From Octopus vulgaris (lineage: Eukaryota), in NCBI GenBank assembly GCA_951406725.2, contig OX597816.1, positions 122,946,001 through 123,010,000 on the forward strand: 64,000 bases of DNA. Reading direction: 5' to 3'. Position 1 is the first letter of the stretch. Each line of letters opens with the position of its first letter. A program made the position numbers and the translations under genes. The notes beneath the pieces are model-generated. The model was not told the origin of the DNA and did not search any database. It worked only from the letters and a program-made list of their open reading frames with translations. Shown in pieces: positions 24,780-39,279 of the stretch.

Positions 24780-26535
24780 GAGTATTTCATCTGTTTCAAC
24801 ATTTTTGTATTCTACTCCTTTAGTTTTCAATGTGATTCATTGTCTGTAAAGGGAAAATTGTCTCACAATGGCATATAATTTCAATTTTCCTTCTGTATAG
24901 AACATAGCACAGCAGTTATATGTATATGACGTGGAAATATAAACATCAAGTTGGGGTTTCAATTCTTCATTCAGTATTTATTGTTTATAAGATGAACATC
25001 AGTCTCAGTCACAGGATGGGGAAAACAAAGTGCTTTTCATAACAGTTATGTTTATCATAGGTAGTTCATCATATTTTCCTGTTCTAATTGTCAAATCCAA
25101 CAGTTTGTTGCTGAAAAAATATTAATATGCTGCTGATTGCATCTAGCTTCCTATTAGCTAATCATTCATTATTTTTACCTAGTTTTGGAAGATCTTATAT
25201 AAGTTTTGATTGACTAACCTCAGCAACCATAACTGGATTATTTCCAGATGACATCAGCAAGTTCTTTGTGATTTAGTATGGTGGGATTTTCATTGTCAAT
25301 TCAGCTGTAGTCTGGCTAAAGAACATTGTTAATTAATTTCTTCCTGATATCATCAGTTCTGGTTAATGTTCACAAAATTTTCCTAATTGACAAACATGAA
25401 CTTTTGGTTCATATTGAGACAAAAACCTGCTACAACAGCATCATTTATTTATAATGTAAAACAGAGCCACTGGAAAGTCTGGGTTTGTTGGAGCACAATA
25501 TTCATGATTACCAATGGATTCGTTGTGTTTTGGTGCTTAAGGAAGGATATCTTGCTTTAGTAGTTCTTTTGTCTCAGATATATCATATTTTGTTATTTTA
25601 TATTTCTGTTGTATTTTCCATTCTTGTTATTTAGAAGTGTTGTTTGTTTGCTAATTTCATTAAGGATTGAAAGATCTTTCCTTTTATCTTCTCTTTTTTT
25701 TTTGTTTCTGAGTATTAGTTTTCGATACCATCTGTTTAGGTTGTGACACTCCTATTTGGAAGGGTTTTAGAGAGTATCCAATTTCTTTTGTGGTCACAAA
25801 GGCTACCACATATATTATTTTATTTAGTCAAGTCATATTGGCATTTACTTTCTTTGCAATTAGTTCTGTGATGGCCAAATTTATATTTTCTATTGTTGCT
25901 GCTTTCTTATTATCAAGTTTAATTTTCAGGTGGTACATATGGCACTGAGCTGGCAGAAACATTAGCATGCCAAACGAAATGCTTAGCAGTATTTCATATG
26001 TCTTTACGTTCTGAGTTCAAATTCTGCCAAGGTTGACTTTGCTTTTTATCTTTTCAGGGTTGATAAATTAAGTACCATTTGCATACTGGGGTCAACCTAA
26101 TCAACTGGCCCCCTACCCCAAAATTTCAGGCCTTGTGCTTAGAGTAGAAAAGAATTTTCAGGTGGTACAGTCAGTAGTCAATACTGAATTCTTCTGTCAG
26201 TTTTATAATTCCTTGATTATGCTCATTTTTAAAATATCATAATCATGGTTTCTGAATTCATTGTTTCCTGCTTTTAGGTTTGCTACATGTTTCTTCCATT
26301 TTTTATTTTCATTTGTGCTGTTCTGGTTTGTTGTATTTTAGTCCTCCTTATAAGTCCTAAGGTTTGGCTTTGTTGTGTTTCATTGCTTACTTAATTTTTG
26401 TTGCACTTGTTATGTCTATCCTTGTGTTTTACTATCCTAGTGCTTATGTTATTATTAAATATTGTTCTTTGGGCACTATTTGCTTTTTCATGCTGTAATT
26501 TATTCTATTAAATGCTCTATTTCAATTTCTGGTAT
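24780..26535 (-). mobile_element. Highly degraded LINE (possibly I-group with RNase H)
   Basis: A-rich minus strand with faint motifs (*TDG resembling YTDG near 25730, IRTG resembling LRTGH near 25085); many stops. Confidence 0.4.
25938..26152 (+). mobile_element. SINE family C with 17-bp TSD
   Basis: Full-length copy; aattttcaggtggtaca at 25921-25937 and 26153-26169. Confidence 0.92.
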
Positions 26536-27236
26536 CCACCACCACCATTATCGTTATGGTTATCTTTATTATTATGATGCTTTTATTATCACAAGCTAAA
26601 CTTGATTATTATCATTTCCTTTTTGAGTGAGTTAAGTGTCTATCTACTTTTGGAATGAAATGAAATTGCGAAGAAACTTAATCATTATGTATTTACTAAA
26701 TTCATTATCTAATCTATGTATTTATGTCTTAAGGATAGTAATGACTTCCATGATATAATGTACAGAATGATGAGTTATAATACATAATTTTATAATTATC
26801 CTGGAATGTACAATGGGAAAATTTATTGCTAAGACAAGGAATTTGATTAAAGGAATCTCAAAATTAGAAATGTTATTCCCAAGGCAATAGGCATTATTAT
26901 ATTGTGTAAATTATTGGTTTCTAGCATTGACGCATAGCCAGAAATTTTACTGTTGATGAAATTGATTTCAGTATATTACTGGTTGTTAATTCATTGACCC
27001 CCAGGAAGATGAAAGGCAAAATTGAGTTTAGCAAGATTTGGGCTGAAAACCACCACCACCACAACAACAACAACAACAACCACCACCACCACTACCACGT
27101 CATCGTCATCATAATGCCTATCTATTTAGGTCTGCATAGTCAAGATGAAATTCATTAAGGGAGACTTTCTATAGCTTTATGCTCTTCCTGTCACTGACAT
27201 TAATGTGTTTACTAGTTGATATTTCAACATGGTTGA

Positions 27237-27445
27237 AGGCAGTGAGCTGGAAGAGTCTTTAGCATGCTGGACAGAATGCTTAGCAGCATTTATTCCATTT
27301 TTATGTTCTGAGTTCAAATTCTGCCAAGCTCAGCTTTGCCTTTCATCCCTTTCAGAGCTAATAAAATAAGTACCAGTTGAGTACTGCGACTGATGTAATC
27401 AACTTATTCTTTCTCCCAAAATTGCTGGCGTTGTGCCAAAATCTG
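27237..27445 (+). mobile_element. SINE family C
   Basis: ggcagtgagctgg...ctgagttcaaattctgcc...tttgcctttcatcc...aataagtaccagttg. Confidence 0.85.
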
Positions 27446-27599
27446 AAGCTAATGTTTCAACATGGCAGGACATGTTTCCATAGAAATTTAGAAATGAAAG
27501 ATACCATTTGTACGATGGCTGTATTCCTTTGTATGTTAGATGTGTTCCACATACACACACACTTACATAAATATGAAATTCTTTCAATTTTTGTTTACT

Positions 27600-28141
27600 A
27601 AATATACACACAAGACTTTAAGGCTTTAGCTGTCTGTCCTGATACTATAGTAGAAGACGTTTGTCCAAGATGTGTTATACAGTGGGATTGAACCCAAAAC
27701 CATGTGGATGGGAAGTGAACTTCTTAATCACATAGCTATGCTTGTAAAGTATTTACTCTTTTACTTGTTTCAGTCATGTGACTGTGGCCATGCTGGAGCA
27801 CCGCTTTTAGTCGAGCAAATCGACTCCAGGACTTATTCTTTGTAAGCCTAGTACTTATTCTATTGGTCTCTTTTGCTGAACCACTAAGTTACGGGGACTT
27901 AAGCATCGGTTCTCAAGCGATGTTGGGGGGTCAAACACACACACACAAACACACACACATACATACATACATATATATATACACATATATACGATGGGCG
28001 TCTTTCAGTTTCTGTCTCCCAAATCCACTCACAAGGCTTTGGTTAGCCCGAGGCTATAGCAGAAGGCACTTGCCCAAGGTGCCACGCAGTGGGACTGAAC
28101 CAGGTGCCATGTGGTTTGTAAGCAAGCTACTTACCACACAG
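27600..28141 (-). mobile_element. SINE family A full copy (27753-28141) plus an adjacent 5' fragment (27600-27745)
   Basis: Matches the family A consensus; the head ends gctacttaccacaca. Confidence 0.88.
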
Positions 28142-29639
28142 TTTGTTTACTATTCTCTATGAATTTTCATAATCTGCTTTCTATGAGTAATTTATTGTCA
28201 GAAAATGTATTTCTTTACTAATTTGTATCGACCTTCACTGGTAGCATTAGTTAAAGTTTTATGAATTAGGACATTTTAACATTACTAATTGCACTTTTAT
28301 ATACATGTATCACTCTTTGATCCACTAACCAGTTTTACATTGCTGTCTGACCCTTGGGTGTATTTATTTATTTCTACTACAAGCATTTTGGCCATTCTTC
28401 TAACAGATGATCTCATCCTCTTTTTTTTTTTCCAAAAGTCTTGGAGTCCATGGGAAGTGTCATGGGTGCTACCCTTCCTCCTTCATAACAATATGAACAA
28501 AAATAACAAGGATAAAATTATAGGATTACATAAAGAAAACATGAAGTATATATGACATTGATTATCCAGTGGAGCAGAATAAATATGCGCACTAATTTGA
28601 TTTTTATTTAGGGGTAAAAAGCAATGGTTATAGCAAGTTTGAACTCAAGAGCATATGGTAGCTTAGATCTCATGTTAAATGTACTGAATATTTACATGTG
28701 TATGCATGTGTGTGTGTGTGTGCCTCTATAAGTATGTGTATATATATGTGTGTGTGTGGGCGGGTGTGTATGTGTGTATGTGTACATACATACATATATG
28801 TATGCATAAAATCAATGCTGTAGCAAAAATGGCAATGGGATTTCTTTCTATTCACAAGAAAGTGATTACTTTTATGTCAGTTAACTTCTGTTTATCATAA
28901 CCTTTAACACCCTGGACAATCAATATCTTTCTTTAGACATTTTCTCTCTCACATTCTCACTCAATTTCTCTCCCTCTTTCTCTCTTTCCCTCTCTTGCTC
29001 ACTCTCGAACACATAGATTTAATTTCTTTCTCTCTCTCTCTTTCTTTCTTTCTCTCCATTTCAAACTTACTCTTCTTAATTTTACATGTTTTGTCGCATC
29101 ATGTAAAATTCATATTATCCCCTAAATTCACTGAATATTGGACAGTCTGCATATTTATTGACCAACCTGCTGATTTGCTAATAAAATTTGTATGTATATG
29201 CATGCACATACAACCACATATATCTTTCTAACTCTTAATTTTCATACATACTTTGTCCTTGTAACACCAAACTATAAGAAACAGTTGGAGGTGATGCTAA
29301 GATACGTACATATATTGCAGTTAGGACTTCCATCATTCTCCTAGTTGTTGTTGATATGGATAATTTATGAGGATTTCAATTCAATATCCTGGTAACTATA
29401 TTTCAGCTTCCATATAGTCAGAATGCATATACTCTCCTGTTACATTATATAAAGGTGTGTCGATATCCAGAATCAGCTCCTAATAGTAAATATGTGAGAA
29501 AAATTACGTAATACACTCTATATTACTGATTCTTAAATGGTGCACTGCAGCACACTAGTGTGGTGTGTTAATATAATTGTATTTAAAAATGTAAAACTAT
29601 AAAGAGCAACAAAGAGTGTGTTAAGGCCATTTTCTCTGC

Positions 29640-30000
29640 TACACAGAGGTAAGCTTTGCAGGGCTTATGAATATTTCTTTTCATTTTGCCATAATCTCTG
29701 TATTCTGACCTCATGAACTCTGCAGCTCTTATTTCCCTCTCTGTCATCTTCAGCTGTATCTTTTTCAGCCTTCTGTTTCCTTTACTTCCTTCACATTTGT
29801 TTCCATCATCCCTCTCCCCCAGTGATCTTCATCTTTCATCAGCAAATGACTCAGATATTTCATTCCATTTCTTTTTACAAAAGTCATTACTGGCTCAATT
29901 TCTGTCAATCACTGCAATTCATTATTCACCTTCCTCTTTTACAGTAATAATCTGTTCATCCATTGAAACATTTTCTGTCATATACTTTCTGGCCTTTCTT
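29640..30000 (-). mobile_element. RTE-like LINE 3' remnant
   Basis: Minus-strand HLLMKDEDHWGRGMMETN..GSKGNRRLKK resembles GH..R......EG.R.RGRPKK.W. Confidence 0.55.
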
Positions 30001-30647
30001 ACTTTTCAGTATGTGTATTAATCGTATCTTATTTCTATAAATCATAGCACTTTCCATACATGCAGCATTCACATTTGCCTTCAGTTTCAGCAATATTCCT
30101 CTCTGCATTATAAGAAAATAGAAACTATACACCGAATTTTAAAGTGCAAATAAAGCAATGCTTCATTTATTGAGTAAAGACTAAGTACTTAATAATTTTC
30201 AATGGTTTAACTCATTGGTTTAACTCATATTTAAAAACTTTAAAAAACTGCTTTGGAACATTGCTTCAACACATACATGCATTGTTTTAAAAAAAGTGTT
30301 ATTTAAAAGTTTTACTAAGGAACATTGCTTAATCAGCAATGCAGTTCCTTAACTTCACTTGTATGGCATTTGAAAAAAACATGCACGCATTGAACCATTT
30401 CAGACACAACTGGAATCATTTTAAGAGAGGTAACTCTGCCCCTCCATTTTTTTTTTTATTGTTTCAGGGTTTTTTCACCACAATACTTTATTTTTACCTT
30501 CATTAGTACAGAGCTTATTTATGTGCCTCTAACCAGCAGCTCTGGTGAACATTCTATATTACCAGTAGCTATGAAACCACTGGTATATTTCTAACCAGCC
30601 ATAAACCAAGGATATACTGCATGACTACATAGTATATATAGAGAGCA

Positions 30648-30978
30648 GTGAGGGCGCGTGGCTTAGTGGTTAGGGCATTCGGCTCATGATCGTAAGGTTG
30701 TGAGTTCGATTCCCAGCGACGCGTTGTGTCCTTGAGCAAGACACTTTATTTCACGTTGCTCCAGTCCACTCAGCTGGCAAAAATGAGTTGTACTTGTATT
30801 TCAAAGGGTCAGCCTTGTCACTCTCTGTGTCACACTGATTATCCCTGAGAACTACGTTAAGGGTACACGTGTCTGTGGAATGCTCAGCCATTTGCACGTT
30901 AATTTCACGAGCAAGCTGTTCCGTTGATCGTATCAGCTGGGACCCTCGTCGTCGTAACCGGCGGAGTCTTAAAAAAAA
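30648..30978 (+). mobile_element. SINE family B subtype 2 with 12-bp TSD
   Basis: A-box tggcttagtgg, B-box gttcgattcc, CORE-like tgtgtccttgagcaagacactt and an A tail; atatagagagca at 30636-30647 and 30979-30990. Confidence 0.92.
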
Positions 30979-31060
30979 ATATAGAGAGCACACTCTAAGA
31001 TGTACAGCAGTATATATTAATATATATATAAATATATATATATGTATGTATATATGTATG

Positions 31061-31099
<39 letters not shown>

Positions 31100-31400
31100 T
31101 GGTAAACTTTCAGACCCTAGTCTAGATTACGAATCCTCTGTGCCCCAGGATGGTTCAGCTCTCCACCTGTTAAAAGCCACTGTTTATGGAATGAGGATAA
31201 CAACGTAGCTTTCGAGCCTGTGCAACAGCCAGTCTATAGCATGTGGTGGGTGGATCTTCAAGTTGCCACACGCGTTCTTAGTAGCTTAGAGTAGGCTCGA
31301 ATTAGAGATTATTCTTTGTGGCTGATGGCATGAGTCCTGATTGGAAGAAGAAGAAGAAGAAGAAGAAGAAGAAGAAGAAGAAGCAACAGCAGCAACAACA
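31100..31400 (+). mobile_element. Probable LINE 3' fragment with (AAG)n tail
   Basis: GC-richer segment between a TA run and (AAG)n/(CAA)n; family not identified. Confidence 0.4.
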
Positions 31401-32451
31401 ACCTTTAATCAATCTTCTTAAAGATTTCCTGTCACTCTGGTTTTCTTTTTTTGGCACATATAACAGCATACATATATACACAAATATTCATGTGTACATT
31501 TAGCAAAGAGGACAGACACAGACAAGCTGTGTGATTAACAAATTCCCTTTGCAACTATATGGCTTCTGGTTCAATCTCACTGTGCAGACAAGTGTCATCT
31601 ATTGAAACTTCTGGTTGTCTGAGTGCTTTGTAAATAGAAGTTGCTTGATAGAATCGTTATGGAAGCTTACCCCTTAATGTGTATTGATGCAAATCAGTGT
31701 GTTTGGTTTTTTTTCTCCTTAGCAAGTCAATAAATAGAAATTGATAAAAATTTGCACTTGTCTCAAATACATACATGGTTCGATATGAAGACAAATGTCC
31801 TGACATGGTTGCAGATAAGAGACTGAAACCAACAAAAGAATAATGTACTTAATAATTTAATGACAATCTTACAAAATGTGTGCAATTTTTTTGTTTGCTT
31901 CCTGGTAGACTTCAGAAGACTGTTTGAGAATAAGTTGCTCTGACACTCACACTCTCTCCTTCTCTCTCTCTCTGTCTCGTTCTATCTCCCTTTTCGTCTG
32001 TCTTACACAGATACTTTCATATTTATGTGGGTAACTTGTTTCTCATGTATAGCAGGTGTATCAAGGTTAATCACTCATTGATGGCTGGAGTTGATTAAGG
32101 AGAGTGAAAATAATTGACACTCTATAGTAGCATGCCTGCATGTAACAAGTATTGATTGTTGAATTTGAGAAATTGATTTACACAGTCCATTAGTGCTACT
32201 CTCTACTTCTCTTGACTTTTCTTTTGGCAACCAATTATCAGAAAACATTGCCTTTCTCAGTTTCTTCAACATCTTAGTTTATATTTGATATTATGTTTTC
32301 AATGAAAATTATTCCATCAATCGTTTCTCATATTTCATTTAAAAATTTCAAAATAAAATTAACAAAGATTGAAACTGTTTTCACTGGCTGCTTCATGTCC
32401 AAACATATTCTGGTGAAAATTCAGTTAGGGTTACAATTCATAAATTGCTCA

Positions 32452-32456
32452 TATTA

Positions 32457-32517
<61 letters not shown>

Positions 32518-32605
32518 CATTATTACTATTATTATTATTATTGTTGTTGTTATGATTATTATTATTATTGTTATCATCATCATCGTTGTCGTAATTATTA
32601 TTATC
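32452..32605. repeat. (TAT)n microsatellite
   Basis: Direct repeats; explains the poly-Y ORF. Confidence 0.95.
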
Positions 32606-33184
32606 AAGGTTTATTGATTTATTTTTAAGTATGAAACATATTTTCTTATTTTTTCTTTCTTCTTTTAATATTTATTGGTTGAAAATAGTGCTCTGATGAG
32701 ATTGCATGAAATGAGTCAACAAATAAATATATTTTCTGATTTTATCGGATAGAATTTCTAGAATTTTTTCCATTTGTTCATATTCCAATTTAAAGTATAT
32801 TCCATGAACACATTGATAGATGTTCAATAATATTTATGTTCTAAATGCAATTGAGGGATATATATATATATATAAAGAATTCCTATATGACATTGAAAGA
32901 TATTTTCTGTGCCTTGATTAAAAATGTTACTCTATCCTACTACATTTAATAAGATCAATAAATAATTAAATATAAAATGAAATACTTCTCTTCGTGCCGT
33001 TGTTGTTTAAGCACAGTTCTGTTCTCGTTGCACAGATTTTCGATCAATGGTCTTGTTGATTAGATCAGAACTGGTATGATTCATCCACAACTAACCAGTG
33101 TTTTTTTTTTATTCCAGTCCAGTGTATCTGAAGCACACATTCAACATGTTCTTTGTGCTTTTTTAAGATGGCAGTGTGTGATGT

Positions 33185-33491
33185 TGTGGTTTCTTCCTTC
33201 TTGAGTCACGTCTGGCTCATAAGTGCCGGTTTCCCAGTTTTCTCGGCATAGAAGTTTCCCACCTGGACGGGACGCCAGTCCATCGCAGGGAAGCTGCAAG
33301 ATGCAGGTGGAAAGAGTGAGAGAAAGTGGTGGTGAAAGAGTCAGCAGAAGTTCGCCATTACCTTCTGCTGGAGCTGCGTGGAGCTTAGGTGTTTTGCTCA
33401 TAAACACACACATCACCCGGTCTGAGATTCCAACCCGCGATCCCTCGACTGCGCGTCTGCTGCTCTAACCATTAGGCCATGTGTCTCCACT
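33185..33491 (-). mobile_element. V-domain-like SINE with 12-bp TSD, inserted in a family D repeat
   Basis: Minus strand has a tggcctaatggttagagc head and cctgcgatggactggcgtcccgtccagg (V-SINE-like central motif); agtgtgtgatgt at 33173-33184 and 33492-33503. Confidence 0.85.
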
Positions 33492-35689
33492 AGTGTGTGA
33501 TGTGCGAAAGATTAAGTTGCTATTTCAAACAACCATGTAAAGACGCCTCTTTGATTTATTCTACACATTATATGTAAAGCATTTTATGGAGAAATGACTA
33601 TGAGTTTCTGTTTCTTGTAAGGAAGGGTAAGTTGGCTAATTTTCATGCCAAATTCACAGTTCTCAGACACAATCAATACTTTTCTTAGTGGTGGCAGTTA
33701 CAGGATGTTCATCTTCAAGACTATCCTTTTCCCCATAAATTCAGCTGCCCACTTTTGTATAGTTGATAAAGCTGGACCATAATCTCCTAATGTAGCAAAC
33801 ATGTAGCATTAATGTCCTTGGTGGCTAAACCGTTTTTTTCTGCAGGTACTTGATAGCAGCATGATGCCAAATTTTGTCAATTGCTACTAGTTAATTTTGA
33901 AGTCGTTTTGAGCAATCAGGTGTCAGTTTACCTATAAAGAAACAATGCCCTTATTAATAAGAGTTGAAATTAATGCATGCAAGATTTCACAACTCTAGCA
34001 TCACTCCTTCATAGCTGAAGAATTTTTCAGCCTACTATTATAAGTTTGTATACCTATATATACACATTCAATAAAATATGCACAATGATATACATACACT
34101 CTCATTTACATGTAGGTAATTTTAGATTTTGCTTTGGATATGATTACAAAATAAGTGTGCTTTTTTCCAATTTTTGATCAACAAATTTTGACTTACAACA
34201 GTCATATCTCTGATCTTTATTGCAATTTCTTCTTACATGGCATTCATGATTTTTAGATGTTGGATTTAATATTAGATGAAAGATCTTCATGAAATATAGT
34301 AGCAGCAACAGCCTTTTTTTATTTATTTTCATACTATTTTTATTTAATGTTGTTTTTCCTTCTATATAAATCATATGACTATGACAGACTATACTATATC
34401 TTAGTAGTACCTTGATATTGACTCACAAACTACAGTAAATGATGATCACTAATTATTTTTCTTCTTAAGTTACTTTCAACTTGCCTTTGAATTTGATAAT
34501 AGACTTTAAAACAAATTACGAGAATTTTACTTTAACTTCAAATATGTGAGAATACACAACATAATTGCAATGAGGTGATTATTATAGTTATAGACAAAAT
34601 AATAAGTATCACTTCTCGTAGTCTAATACTGTTTAGTTTGCTATGTAGCTTTTTGCTGGTATTTGAATGCTTTTCTCTGATTGGTTTCTATTTAAAATAT
34701 AAGCCTGTCTTATTAATGCTTAACTTCAACATTTCTAGTTTCATCTAACTGTAGCTGAAATATGTAATTACGATAATTATAAAAGTAAGCAAGTGACCTT
34801 GCAGTTGATTAAATCAATAGGGTAATAATGTTTGATCTGGGAGTAACTAAATCTAGTAATAACAGAGTACACAGTTGTTGATGGAGTCCTTTGTGACCGA
34901 CTAGGAAAATGTCCACAGTTATTTCATCTCAATACAGAGACATTAAGCAATAGGTAATGTCTTCAGTTTGTAAAGAAAAGATAAGGGATGAAACTGATAT
35001 GTTATAATGTAGACCCACGAACACTTGAAATGAGCTTTCAGTTCATGTAGTAAACATACCAGTCTGCCATCACCATCATTGCCACTGCTACCACCACCAT
35101 CATCATAGTCATCATTGTCGCCATTGCCATTGTTGCCATCATTGTCATCGTTGACATCATCATTTTCACAACTACTAATCAAAGTTCTAGGTAGCATGAG
35201 TTGGTTAGTTCCTCCATATAGTAAATTACAATTTATTTTAGCCACAAGGCATACTTCTTCAAAGGAGCTGAATTAAGCTAATGGCATTCTTTTCTGTATA
35301 TTTCTGATACTTATTTCATCAATCCTAGAATTTATGAGAAACCAAAAGAACCCTGTCAACATTTGCAGTTATACAATACAGAAATGAAAGTAAATGGTTA
35401 CGATAATAAATATTATATATAACCAATACAATACTACATAAATAAATGCAAATATATTTATTCATCTATGTACATGCATGTATACAGACAGCAAGCTATG
35501 CAATAGAGTACACATGCCAACATGTCTCTAGAGAGAAGAAAATTCAATATTGGAACAAAATAATTATCCTATTACTAACATTGTTTTGAGTATATAATAT
35601 TGTTTTACTTTCATGAGTAAGAAAATATTAAACAATAATTATTTTGGCAATAAAAGTTTCGTATAATATAAGGGCATTTCTTTTTTTTT

Positions 35690-35889
35690 GCTTCAGTCAT
35701 TTGACTGTGGCTATGCTGGAGCACCACCTTTAGTTGAGCAAATCGACCCCAGGGTTTATTCTTTGTAAGCCTAGTACTTATTCTATCAGTCTCCTTTGCC
35801 AAACTGCTAAGTTACGGGGACATAAACACACCAGCATCAGTTGTCAAGTGATGTTGGGGGGACAAACACAGAGACACAAACATATACAT

Positions 35890-35928
<39 letters not shown>

Positions 35929-36093
35929 CATACGATGGGCTTTTTTCAGTTTCTGTCAACCAAATCCACTCACAAGGCTTTGGTCAGCTCGAGGCTATAG
36001 TAGAAGACACTTGCCCAAGGTGCCACGCAGTGGGACTGAACCCGTAACCATGTGGTTGGTAAGTAAGCTACTTACCACACAGCCACTCCTGCA
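35690..36093 (-). mobile_element. SINE family A
   Basis: Full-length consensus match with an internal CA/TA microsatellite. Confidence 0.9.
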
Positions 36094-37119
36094 CCAGGAA
36101 ATCAGGAATGAATTCGATTAAATCCAAGTCCAGATACTTGTAGTTCTAATTTTATGGACCCTCAAGGGAAAGAAAGTGAAAAGACAAGTCTGATTAATAT
36201 TTGAACTTAGAACCCAGCACTTTAACATATTTGTCATTTCTGCAAAATATATTTCTTCAGTATCATTACCTTTGTTGTTGTCTTTATCATCACTGCAAGT
36301 GATGTTGTTGTTGCTCTCATAGTTCTTGTTGTCATTGTCATTATCATCGTCGTCATAGTCATTGTCGTCATCATCATCATCATCATTATCAGTTGAAAAT
36401 TTTAATATGTTAGTTATTTCTTATTGCACTCTATAAATGTTCAGTTTTTTTTTGTTCCTTTCTCTCTCAAAAGGATTGAGATATTATTTCAGAATAAGAG
36501 CTATTTTTCATTCTTGAAAGGAATGACATGATGCATTTATGTCTAATCTTTCTTATGACATATACTTGTGAAAACTTGGAAGTACAAGAAACCCTCACTT
36601 TACAGAAGTAATGATATTTTTCTAAATCATTAACTGTATACTTTGATAAATGCAAGTGACCATTGAGCAACAAAGAAAGTGTAGTATTAAATTGTTTACA
36701 ATGTAAAACGATGCTATACAGGTTTCTCTAAGAGTGAAATTACAGACTGTATCCCAAAATTAATGGTCATACTTTACAAATTCAGTAAACATCAAATCTT
36801 GTAACCTGAGGTAGCTGTAACGTGGGGGATGCCTATAGTTTGTTTGGAATTTATAAAAATCTTTTGAATTACATTTTTATTCTATTGAAGTAAAATACTT
36901 GTGCTTTTCATAAATGTAAAACATTGTATGAAGTAAAATGTCATTAAAAATATATGTAGCCTTCAATTTTACATCACCTTTATAATGTCATCTAGACTTT
37001 CAGATGAGAGTGTAACTTAATATAAGGAGATTGAAGTTATAAAATAATGTAACAAGAAATGGAAATGTTACGTAAATAAGGAAAAACTAACTTCATCATT
37101 TACCTGCCAGTAATCTTAC

Positions 37120-37409
<290 letters not shown>

Positions 37410-37411
<2 letters not shown>

Positions 37412-37767
37412 TCTTTTACTTGTTTCAGTCATTTGACTGTGGCCATGCTTAAGCACCGTCTTTAGTTGAGCAAACTGACCCCAAGACTTACTCTTTGTAA
37501 GCCCAGCACTTATTCTATCATTATCTTTTGCTGAACCGCTAAGATAAGGGGACGTAAACACGACAAGCGATGTTGGGGGAGACAAACACAGACACAAACA
37601 GACATCTACATAGGCATGTATACGATGGGCTTCTTTCAGTTTCCGTCTACCAAATCCACTCACTGAGGCTATAGTAGAAGACACTTGCCCAAGGTGCCAC
37701 GCAGTGTGACTGAATCTGGAACGATGTGGTTGGTAACCAAGCTACTTACCAAACAGCCACTCCTGCA
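37410..37767 (-). mobile_element. SINE family A
   Basis: Consensus match. Confidence 0.88.
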
Positions 37768-39279
37768 CATATATATATATATAAAAACAGCTGCATACAT
37801 ATTCAACTGATGTTGAAATGATAATACAGCTCTTTTATATATATGTTTTATTTTTTAAAGCACTATGTGGAAATATACATAAGTGAATATTAGCTTTTTC
37901 AATGGACATTTTGGACTAAAGAGCTAGTATAACTGTTAATAACAATAGTTTGTTATAGGCAATTTTTCCAAAGGATCTGGTATCTAGTCTTGGTAGTGCT
38001 GTCTCAAGATACAGTGAAATTTGTAGTACTGTTTATTAGTATATACAAATATGTTGCCTCTGTGAGTGTGTGTGTGTGTGTGCACATGTGTGTAGTGGCT
38101 AAATTGTTTGACTGCTCTATGAACTGAATATTTTTTCATCACTGATGAAGACATAAGAAATAGTAGAAACACATGTTTGAGGTTAAATTGATACTTCAAT
38201 ATTAATGTTTGTTTTCCTGTGCATTTTGTATTTATTTTCTTATATATCAGATTGCATTACTATTATGGCTTTGCATTCATGGGTAGAATCCTTTGTTCCA
38301 ATAAAAAAAATATACTGAGAATTATTGATGCATGTATGTATACAAATAGATACATAAACACACAATCACTCACACAAATATTTGTACACTCATAGATTAT
38401 CTTATCTGTCATTACTTAAAGTTATGCAAGATCTCTTTTTATTATACACATTGCTGGATTTTCATCTTGTGCTTTCGAAGATGTATACAAAACATGAAAA
38501 GTCATCTTTGTTCTTGTAATTTATACAGGCCTAAATGGGAATAGACCTTTATAAGAATTTCTGTTTTTGAATAGTGAATAAAATTTCACCAAATGTATTA
38601 ATAAGCATTATTGATTTAAAAAGAAATTTACTTGATTAGTTTTAAATAGATTTAAATCATGTTTATTATCAGATGGATGCTTGAAGTAATTGAGTCGATA
38701 AAGTATTAAACTATTTGTCAAAAATTAATCAGGTTGTGTCATGCCACACGAGTAGTACTATATTCAGGGCAATAACATTGAGTGACCTTGTTTAATAAGG
38801 TGTTGCAGGATGCTGCTCATTTTTATTAGAGTCCAGGGAAAGAACAATACTCATGACCTTTCTCAGAGCCCTTGAGATTGATGGAATAAATAAATAAATA
38901 AAACTCTTGTGTTGTCCTTAATTTGGTGATGTGGTCTAAATACTTGCAATAGAGTGGAATACAACAAATGAATCCTCATAGCGTGTGAGGTATTAAAGTG
39001 GGGAATGGATTAAATATACCATACAAGAGTAGGCACAGTTCATCAGGTGACCTTCTACAGGGTTTCTCTTTATTCAGTTTTACTTAAAAAGTTTGGTACA
39101 ATCTAAGATATTGTGACAGACACTTAGACAAAGTTGCATGCAATGGGTTTGAACTCAGAAGAGCAGATTACAAAGTGAGCATTTTAACCACAAGGTCATG
39201 CATAGATCTAAATCACAATTGTATAGATGTAAAACAAACATGTTTTGCGTTCTGATGCTCTTTCATTAAAATGAACATC

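Noticed and set aside
30648-30725. tRNA gene
   Set aside because: The A and B boxes belong to a SINE head, with a repeated body and TSD.
32694-32720. CTGATGA...GAAA hammerhead-like core
   Set aside because: Stems I and II do not form.
33640-34070. Possible Tc1-like remnant (similar hints at 41400-41680 and 45420-45960)
   Set aside because: Too degraded to support with clear motifs or TIRs.
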